This document shows positions 56,401-64,000 of a stretch of 64,000 nucleotides of DNA, piece after piece (position 1 is the first letter of the stretch; every line of letters begins with the position of its first letter). Where the stretch lies: NCBI GenBank assembly GCA_942493085.1, contig OW818664.1, positions 1,027,709 to 1,091,708 on the forward strand, given 5' to 3'. The position numbers and the translations under genes are program-made. Source of the DNA: an uncultured beta proteobacterium. GTDB lineage: Bacteria; Pseudomonadota; Gammaproteobacteria; Burkholderiales; Thiobacillaceae. A model generated the notes under the pieces. That model was not told where the DNA came from and made no database searches. It was given only the letters and a program-made list of their open reading frames with translations.

Positions 56401-59400
56401 CGCGCTGTCCGCCAACGCTTCCTGCACGGTGTCGGTCAACGTGACATCGACCTCGATCGGCGGTGTCACTAACTACATTCCTGTCGGTGCGATAAGCACG
56501 CAGCAGGGCCTGACCAATAGCGGCCAGGCTTCGACCAGCCTGACCACCCAGAGCAACGTCGGCATCACCAAGCAATTCATGCCGAATGTCGTCAAGCCGG
56601 GCGAGCGTTCGCGCCTGCGCATCACACTCTACAATCCGATGCCGCAACCTGTCAGCAGCCTGTCGATTCTCGATACCCTGCCGGCCGGCATGACCGTACC
56701 GAGCGGCGCAAACCCGACGATCACCTGCTCCGGTGCGACGGTCAGCACGCCCGCCACGAACCAGGTACAGATCAGCGGTGGTTCGCTGGCAGGTGCTTCA
56801 GGTGGCGTCACCGCGACCTGTTATGCCGAGATCGACGTGCTGGTCGCGGGGCAGGGGGATTACGTCAATACGATTTCAGCCGGTGCAATTTCCGCCACCT
56901 CGGGTGGCGTGCCGGTGACCAACTCGCAGCCGACGAGCGACATCCTGCATGCCAAGTCGCCGCTGGTAGTGAACAAGGCCATTGCCGGCCAGACGCTGGA
57001 TGCGGGCAATCCCGGCGGCTTCACCACGGGCACGGCATCACGCGCACCCGGCGCGGCAGCCACGCTGACCATTCGCCTCGCCAACCCGAATGCCAGTGCG
57101 CTGACCGGTGCGGTGTTTACCGATGTCCTGCCATCCGGCCTGGTGGTGGCAACCACACCGAATGCCGCGACCACCTGCGCAGGCGGCACGGTGACGGCCG
57201 CAGCATCTGCCACCCAGATCCGTCTCAGCGGCGCCACCATTCCGGCGGCTGGCGCCTGTACGGTCAGCGTGGACGTGTTGTCCAACATCTCGGGCAGCTA
57301 CACCAATACACTGGCAGCAGGCAGCGTCTCCAGCTTTGAAGGGGTCGTCAACGAGGAGCCGACGAGCGCGACTTTGTTGGTTTCCACGCCACCGACTGTG
57401 AGCAAGCAGTTTTCGCCTGCGGTGATTCAACCCAACGGCGTGTCGCAGCTCACCATCGTGCTCGGCAACGATAACGCCAGCGCGATCACGCTCGGTAGCA
57501 TATTCACCGATACCTTGCCGACGGCCCCGGGAGCTATGGTCGTGGCGACGCCGAATGGCCTGACCAAAACCTGTCCGGGCGCGGTGACAGCAACGGCGGG
57601 CAGCGGCAGCGTCAGCTATGCCAGCGGCGCCTCAATTCCGGCAGGCGGATGCAGCATCAGCGTGAACGTCACCGCTGCCACGCCGGGCGAACACACCAAC
57701 AATATCCCGGCGGGCGGATTGCAGACCAATTTCGGCAACAACCAGCAGCCGACCAATGTGGTGTTGAAGGTCAGCACCCAGGGATATGTGTCTGGGCGGG
57801 TATTCGCGGACAACAACGTCACGCCCAACGGCGTCTACGATGTGTCGATCGATGCGCCGCTCGCCGGCAGCGCGATCGAATTGCGCAGCGGCGCCAGTTG
57901 CGCCGGCGCGCTTGTTGCCAGCGCCACGACCGACTCGCTCGGCAACTACCTGTTCGCCGGCCTTGCGGCGGGAACGTACTCGGTATGTCAGTTCGTGCAA
58001 CCTGCGGGCACGACCAACGGAATCACGACTGCAGGCAGCGTGAATAGCGTCAACGGCAGCACCGGCAGCCCAGGCACGGCATCGAATCCCGGCACCACGA
58101 CCAGTCAGGCCATCGGCATCGTGCTGAATGGCGACGGTGCGGATAGTGAAATCAGCGGCTCGGCCAACAACAACTTTGCAGAAATCCGGCCTTCCAGCAT
58201 CGCCGGCATGGTTTTCCTCGACCAGAACAATAACGGCATGCAGAACGGCGCCGACACGCCGTTCGTCGGCGAGACCATCGAGTTGCTGGATTCGAGCAAC
58301 AACGTGATCGCCTCCATGACGACCGATGCCTCCGGACAATACAGTTTCGGCGGGCTGCAGCCAGGCACCTATTCGGTACGCCAGCCGAACCCGCCTGCCT
58401 CAAGCTCGAATGGCATCGCGACCGCGGGCGCGGTGGGCAATGGCGGCACGGCCGGAACGGCCACAGGCGTGATGACTGTGCCCAGCCAGATCAGTGGCAT
58501 CGTGCTGCCTCCGGCTACCGTGTCGACGGACAATAATTTCGCCGAAATTGCGAATGGCCGCACGCTTTCCGGCCAGGTATTCCTCGATTACGACAGTAAT
58601 GGCGCACTGAATGGCGTTGACTACGGGCTGGGCGCGCAAACGCTGAATCTCGCCGGTATCGACATCAACGGCAATGCCGTGAGCGCGACGACACTAACGG
58701 CAAGCGATGGCCGCTACAGCTTCAACGGCTTGCCAGAGGGCACATACAGCGTGACCCAGCCCGCGCAGCCGACTGGCACGACCAATGGCACGACTACGGT
58801 GGGCAGTACAGGAGGCAGTGCCTCCGCAGTAGGCACGACTCCGTCGGCGATCTCGGCGATCAGCCTGCTCGGTGCCAATCTCGTTTCCGGGGACAACAAT
58901 TTCGCCGAAGTGCCCGGTGCGGTGCCCGATCTTGCGATTGCCAAGACACATGCGCCGTCGAGTTTTGCGGCAGACTCCAGCACCGGTGTATTCACCCTCA
59001 CGCCGCGCAATGTCGGTACGGTGCCCACCTCGGGCAGCATCACCGTGATTGATATGCTGCCGGCCGGCATGAGCGTCGCCGCGCCCGCCAGCGGCACGGG
59101 ATGGGTTTGCAACGGCGCAATAGGCGCCAGTTCAGTGAGCTGCAGCACGTCGGATGTCACCGCGGCGGGCAGCACCGGCAATCCCATCCTGCTGCGTGTT
59201 GCGGTAGCCATCGGCCAGACCGGACAGATTCTTGTCAACACGGCGACGGTCTCGGGCGGTGGCGAGCCGCCAGGGTTCGACGGCAACAATACCGCAAGCG
59301 ACAGCGTGCCGATCGCGGATGCCGCGCAGGTCAGCGGCACGGTCTGGACCGACACGAATCATGATCGCGTGCTCAGCCCTGGCGAGCCGCGCATGGCAGG

Positions 59401-59543
59401 CTGGTTGGTCGACCTGTTGCTGGGAGGAAGCCAGGTCGCCACGTCGACGACCGATGTGAACGGGGCCTACCAGTTCACCGGAATCGCACCGAGCAGCGGC
59501 TACTCGATTCAATTCCACGATCCGGACAGTGGCCGGATTTGGG
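53420..59543 (+). CDS. Giant repeat adhesin (DUF11-like two-Cys Ig-like modules + SdrD-B/CnaB-like domains), 5' portion, interrupted by IS30
   Basis: Signal-like N-terminus. About 10-11 tandem modules, each with a ..TC...C.V pair (e.g. NAATTCAGGTVTAAASATQIRLSGATIPAAGACTVSVDVLS). Then SdrD-B-like units (SGRVFADNN.., IAGMVFLDQNNNG.., LSGQVFLDYDSNG.., VSGTVWTDTNHD..). The native frame ends at W (59540-59542); the last 19 codons of tracked ORF 53420..59602 are IS-derived. Confidence 0.85.
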
Positions 59544-60772
59544 TGCGGATTCAACTGATCGACGCAACAGATTGGTTAAATCGTTCAGCGGGTGTTTCGT
59601 AGTTTAGTGTTTTTCTTGGGCGTTCATTCAATCGCCTCGCAACGGCATTGAGTTTGGCTTGCGAGTAGACCGACAGGTCGGTTCCTTTGGGGAAATACTG
59701 CCTTAACAGCCCGTTCGTATTCTCATTCGTTCCGCGCTGCCATGGATTCTGAGGATCACAGAAGTAGACCTTTATGTCGGTCGCCAAGGTGAAGTGCTTG
59801 TGGTTGGCCATCTCTTTGCCCTGGTCCCAAGTCAGCGATTTGTATAGTTCCAGCGGCAATTTGCGAGCGTTTTTGATCAGCGCGTTGGTGACCGTCTCGG
59901 TATCCTTGCTGGCGACCTTCACCAGCATTACGTAGCGTGTATGGCGTTCGACGAGGGTTGCAATCTGGCTGGTCGTGGTTCCACAAAGTAAATCGCCTTC
60001 CCAATGGCCAGGTACGGCCCGATCTTCCACCGCAGCTGGGCGCTCGCTGATCGATACCGCGTCAACGATTCTGCCGTGATCATCTGTCTTCTGTGTGTAA
60101 TGGCGCGAACGGCGCATTGCGCGTGTGCGCCGCAAATGTGCCAGTAGTTCCTTCTTCAGGGCGCCACGGGCCTGAATGAAGAGGCTGCGATAGATGGTCT
60201 CGTGTGACACCTGTAATGTCTCGTCGTCGGGGTAAGTATGCTTGAGCCACCCGGCAATCTGCTCCGGTGACCACTGCAATTGGAGCCTGCCTGCCACGAT
60301 GCGCGCCAGCGTTCTGTTCTCGGCAAGTTTACATATCTTGGGGCGATGCGCCCGATCCCAGGCAGCCCGGTCGGCTTGAGCTGCTCGATAGGATTCATGG
60401 CCACCGTTGCGCTTGATCTCTCGGCTAATGGTAGATGGCGTCCGTCCGAGCAGCGAGGCTATCGAACGAATCGAGTGACCCGCCACCACGGCACGCGATA
60501 TTTCTTCCCGTTCAGCCAACGTCAGGGCCAATCTAGAACGACGTCGTTGCGCAGGACGTATCCCGCCGGTCTCAGCCAGAATGCCTTGTACTGATGAATG
60601 ATTCCGATCAAACAACTGGGCGATCTGTTGAAGGGACTCACCCTTCTGCCAGCGCTCCCACATCAACGCCTTCTGACTTTCCGTGTAATAGATTCGAGGT
60701 CTTTGCTTCATTTGCAACACTCCTTCTGCTTGCGCAGTCTCTAGTGTGTTGCATCCACCGGTTGAATCCGCA
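59544..60772 (-). mobile_element. IS30-family insertion sequence, apparently intact
   Basis: Terminal inverted repeats TGCGGATTCAAC (59544-59555) and GTTGAATCCGCA (60761-60772), extending imperfectly to about 28 nt. G-run flanks are compatible with a 2-3 bp target duplication. The element encloses a full-length transposase ORF. Confidence 0.88.
59551..60720 (-). CDS. IS30-family transposase
   Basis: 389 aa with N-terminal HTH (YTESQKALMWERWQKGESLQQIAQLFDRNHSSV) and a DDE region (HWEGDLL..., LTWDQGKEMA..., RGTNENTNGLLRQYFPKG). Confidence 0.92.
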   Translation of the reverse strand: MLQMKQRPRIYYTESQKALMWERWQKGESLQQIAQLFDRNHSSVQGILAETGGIRPAQRRRSRLALTLAEREEISRAVVAGHSIRSIASLLGRTPSTISREIKRNGGHESYRAAQADRAAWDRAHRPKICKLAENRTLARIVAGRLQLQWSPEQIAGWLKHTYPDDETLQVSHETIYRSLFIQARGALKKELLAHLRRTRAMRRSRHYTQKTDDHGRIVDAVSISERPAAVEDRAVPGHWEGDLLCGTTTSQIATLVERHTRYVMLVKVASKDTETVTNALIKNARKLPLELYKSLTWDQGKEMANHKHFTLATDIKVYFCDPQNPWQRGTNENTNGLLRQYFPKGTDLSVYSQAKLNAVARRLNERPRKTLNYETPAERFNQSVASIS

Positions 60773-60773
60773 G

Positions 60774-62405
60774 GGGAATGCAGTCAGCAACGAGCAGGGA
60801 GTCGTCCCGAGCAGCGGTACCCGCGACACCGGCACGATCGCGAACACCGGTTCCAACAGCGGAAATCCAGCGGGCGCGGTCTTCAGCAGCGGGTCGCTGA
60901 CGGGCCTCACTCTGGTTGCGGGCGATAACATCGTCGAGCAAAGCCTGCCGATCGACCCTTCCGGCGTGGTGTACGACGCGATCACGCGCAATCCGGTGCC
61001 GGGCGCGCAGGTCACGCTTGTGAACGGCGGCGCGGCCGTTCCCGATGTCTGTCTGGTCGGCGGCACCAATACGCAGACGACCGGTGCGAACGGGCTGTAT
61101 CAGTTCCTGCTGCTCAACCTCGCACCTCCGGGATGTCCGGGATCGGGAACCTACACGCTGCAGATCGTGCAGCCGGGCAGCTATCTGCCGCCGGCCTCGA
61201 CGATCATTCCGCCGACCACCGGGCCCTATGTGCCCAGCACGGGGGGCGTGGATGCCATCCAGGCCCAGCCGGGCGCACCGACGGGCGCTGATCCGACGGT
61301 GTACTACACCAGCTTTGCGCTGACGCTGTCCGGCGTGCCGGCCACCAGTTCGAGCAATGTGGTCAACAACCACATTCCGCTCGACCCGGTGCTGGGCGGC
61401 GCGATCGTGCTGACCAAGACCTCGCCGCTGGTGAATGTGAGCGTGGGCCAGCTGGTGCCGTACACGATCAGTGCGCGCAATACGCTGGCGGCGAACCTGA
61501 CCAATATCGATATCCGTGACATCGTGCCGCCGGGGTTCAAGTACAAGTCGGGCAGTGCAAGCGTCGACGGGGTGATGGCCGAGCCATCGGTCAATGGCCG
61601 CAACCTCGCCTGGCCCAATCTGACCCTGGCTTCCGGTGCCACCCGGACGGTAAAACTGCTGCTGCTGGTCGGTGCGGGCGTACAGCCGGGCGAATACGTC
61701 AACACCGCGCAGGCGTTCAACAATCTGGTGCCTGCGCCCAACCCGAACGCCGTATCGAATGTTGCGACGGCCACGGTGCGGGTGATTCCGGATCCCACCT
61801 TCGATTGTTCCGATCTCGTCGGCAAGGTATTCGACGACAGGAACGCCAACGGCTACCAGGATGAGGGCGAACCCGGCATTCCCAACGTGCGCCTTGCCAC
61901 CGCGCGCGGCTGGTTGGTGACGACTGATGCCGAGGGACGTTTCCACGTCGCCTGTGCGGCGATTCCGGATGCCGAGCACGGCAGCAATTTCATCATGAAA
62001 CTGGACGAGCGCACCCTGCCGACCGGCTATCGCGTGACCACTGAAAACCCGCGCGATGTACGCCTCACTCGCGGCAAGCTGTCCAAGCTCAACTTCGGCG
62101 CAACCATCCACAAGGTGGTGCGCGTCGACATGAGCGATGCGGCGTTCGAGGCCGGCGCGGTCGTACTCAGGGCGGATTGGGCGAAGCAGCTTGTTGGCCT
62201 GGAGGACAGGCTGAAGGCACGGCCGACGGTCTTGCGGCTGGGCTACAAGGCCGGTGCCGACGGCGAAGCCCTGGCGCGCGAGCGCCTGCACGCCGTCAGC
62301 CGGCAACTCAAGGATGCATGGCAGCAGCATGACTGTTGCCACACGCTGTTGATCGAGGAAGAACTCTTCTTGCCTGCCAAAGCGGCGAACAAGGAGGGCA
62401 AATAA
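60774..62405 (+). pseudogene. 3' portion of the IS30-split adhesin gene (SdrD-B-like + DUF11-like domains)
   Basis: The frame continues GNAVSNEQGVVPSSG... directly after the right IS end. The tracked ORF start 60594 lies inside the IS. Contains VLTKTSPLVNVSVGQLVPYTISARN (DUF11-like) and GKVFDDRNANGYQDEGEPGIPNV (SdrD-B-like). Confidence 0.8.
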
Positions 62406-64000
62406 TGCTAAACAAAAAACTACTTGCAAGCGTCATCGCTGCGATGTTCTCGGCCCCCATCGTCGCTGCCGAGCCCTGTGATTCTGGTGTCGGCTGCACC
62501 GTGCCGGAACAGCCCGGCACGACCTGGCAGGACAGCCTGGTTTTCACTCGTGAAGACGGTAAGCTTGCCGCCAGCGTGGAGTACCGTCGACCCGATGAGA
62601 TCGTTGTACTTGGTGCGCCCGAGTCGGCGCCGGCCACCCGCGAGGTTCCGGTATTCGGCAGCCGGGCCGAGACGGTGCCGGCAATCCTGTCGCAATTCCC
62701 GTCGGGGCAGGATCTGCTGGGCGCAGACGAACGCGAGGCACTGGCCGCATTGGCACGGCGGCTCGCCGGCAAGCCGGGGCTGAAGCTGCGTCTTACGGGC
62801 CATGCCGATGCGCAGCGTCTGGCGCGGGCCGGGCAGAATCGGTACGGCAACAATCAGGGCCTGTCGGAGGCGCGTGCACGCGAAGCTGCGGCGTTCCTGA
62901 AGGCGCAGCCCGGCATGACGGGCGTGCAGATGGAAACGCTAGGCAAGGGCGATACGCAGCCGGTCAAGGACTGCGACCCCATGCGGGCCCATGACGGAAG
63001 TATGAGAGACATGGCGACATACCAGGCCTGCCTTGCGCCCAACCGGCGGGTCGAGATTGAAATCTGGTATGACCAGCCTGTCGGCGTGAAAACCGAGGTG
63101 ATGGCACATGCCGCGCCCAAAGCCGTGGCGGGGCCATGCAAGGATCAGCCGGGAGGCGACGCTGGCCTGCCATTCCGTATTTCTGTCGATGGCGAGCCGC
63201 TGGCGAGCGATGATGTGCCCAACAGCGCCGACACGATGCGCTGCACCGACGTTGCCTTGGAGAAAGCCGATGTTCAGGTGCGTTTCGATGGGCTCGAGGC
63301 GACGCCAGCGTTGAACGTCACCGTCTTTCCGGATGGTGCCGTGCGGGGCGAAACGGTGCGTTTCTCACCCTATGCGAACTACGCTTCCCAGATCAGGAAA
63401 GCCGAGGTTCGGGTGTTCGCGGCGGGCGAGTCGACGCAGCAGACGCCGCTTGCGGTGATTGCGCTTGACCCGTATGCCGACACCGCCGCCGAATGGACGG
63501 CCCCAAGGGAAGGCGAGGCGGTGCAGTACCTGCTGCGTGTGTACGACGCACAAGGCCGCTTCGACGAAACCACGCCGAAGATGCTCAAGCTGCTTGATGC
63601 CAGACGCCCGTCCGGGGACGAGGATACCGCCGCGCGGGAGGCACGCATCGGATATGGCGAAAACCATCGCGGGCTGGCCAATATCCCGGTCGAGGGCGGT
63701 ATGGTCACGGTCAACGGCGAGAAACTCGTGCCGGGCAGCACCGTCACCGTGCTGGGGCGGCAGGTGCCGGTTGACGCACAGGGGAAATTCGCGGTTCGCC
63801 AGATACTTTCGCCGGGCAATCACCGCGTCGATGTCGCCATGGAAAGCCCTTCCGGCCAGCGTGCCGAATTCAGCCGCAACCTGTACATACCGCTCAACGA
63901 CTGGTTCTATGTTGCGTTGGCGGACCTGACCCTGGGCCAGAACAACGTCAAGGGTCCGGCCAGCCTGGTGACAGGCAGCGACAGCAAGCGCTACAACGGG
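62405..64000 (+). CDS. OmpA-domain outer-membrane-associated protein, 3' end beyond the window (not in the supplied ORF track)
   Basis: Hand translation from ATG 62405 (TAATG overlap with the adhesin stop) is open for 532 codons to nt 64000. Signal peptide MLNKKLLASVIAAMFSAPIVAA. OmpA-C-like LRLTGHADAQRL...NNQGLSEARAREAAAFLK...GKGDTQPV...NRRVEIEI. Confidence 0.8.
   Translation, partial: MLNKKLLASVIAAMFSAPIVAAEPCDSGVGCTVPEQPGTTWQDSLVFTREDGKLAASVEYRRPDEIVVLGAPESAPATREVPVFGSRAETVPAILSQFPSGQDLLGADEREALAALARRLAGKPGLKLRLTGHADAQRLARAGQNRYGNNQGLSEARAREAAAFLKAQPGMTGVQMETLGKGDTQPVKDCDPMRAHDGSMRDMATYQACLAPNRRVEIEIWYDQPVGVKTEVMAHAAPKAVAGPCKDQPGGDAGLPFRISVDGEPLASDDVPNSADTMRCTDVALEKADVQVRFDGLEATPALNVTVFPDGAVRGETVRFSPYANYASQIRKAEVRVFAAGESTQQTPLAVIALDPYADTAAEWTAPREGEAVQYLLRVYDAQGRFDETTPKMLKLLDARRPSGDEDTAAREARIGYGENHRGLANIPVEGGMVTVNGEKLVPGSTVTVLGRQVPVDAQGKFAVRQILSPGNHRVDVAMESPSGQRAEFSRNLYIPLNDWFYVALADLTLGQNNVKGPASLVTGSDSKRYNG

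Noticed and set aside
53420-59543. I considered whether the periodicity in the adhesin reflects a DNA-level tandem repeat or CRISPR-like array.
   Set aside because: The repeats are protein modules of about 400 nt that are strongly diverged at the nucleotide level, with no short identical direct repeats or spacers. No CRISPR array was seen anywhere in the window.

Overview
This is a 64-kb, high-GC proteobacterial chromosome segment. Gene content looks Betaproteobacteria-like, but the taxon cannot be determined from here. It has three parts.

(1) nt 1-40,075 is a very large Wzx/Wzy-type exopolysaccharide (EPS) locus. It carries hallmarks I associate with exosortase-A/PEP-CTERM-type EPS clusters: an O-glycosylation-ligase-like membrane protein, two AsnB-like proteins, a NodB deacetylase and a CapK-like ligase. 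It also encodes:
- 11 intact glycosyltransferases
- four mutually divergent sulfotransferases
- a TylF-type methyltransferase
- one GT2 + membrane + sulfatase/alkaline-phosphatase-superfamily fusion protein
- an operonic block of four signal-peptide proteins (three beta-propeller-like, plus one of about 1,090 aa with an FN3 domain)

The distal end of the locus carries a visibly lower-GC three-gene cassette (two GT2 genes plus UDP-glucuronate decarboxylase). The cassette is bracketed by a duplicated GT2 gene, one copy of which has an in-frame 399-bp microhomology deletion, and by a decayed IS5-family element. A near-consensus sigma-54 promoter precedes the cassette.

(2) nt 40,396-53,210 holds core housekeeping genes: aroB, a dGTPase-like gene, a MarC-family gene, xthA, prlC, a gamma-CA-like gene, TlpA-like redoxins, ettA, slyX, hemJ and a THUMP RNA methyltransferase.

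(3) nt 53,420-64,000 holds a giant repeat adhesin gene, about 2,580 aa when reconstructed, split by an intact IS30-family element. It is followed by a translationally coupled OmpA-domain ORF that runs off the window and is absent from the supplied ORF track.

I saw no rRNA, tRNA or CRISPR array. All family assignments come from motif recognition by eye. No database search or computation was run, and start codons were adjusted by hand using overlaps and Shine-Dalgarno context.
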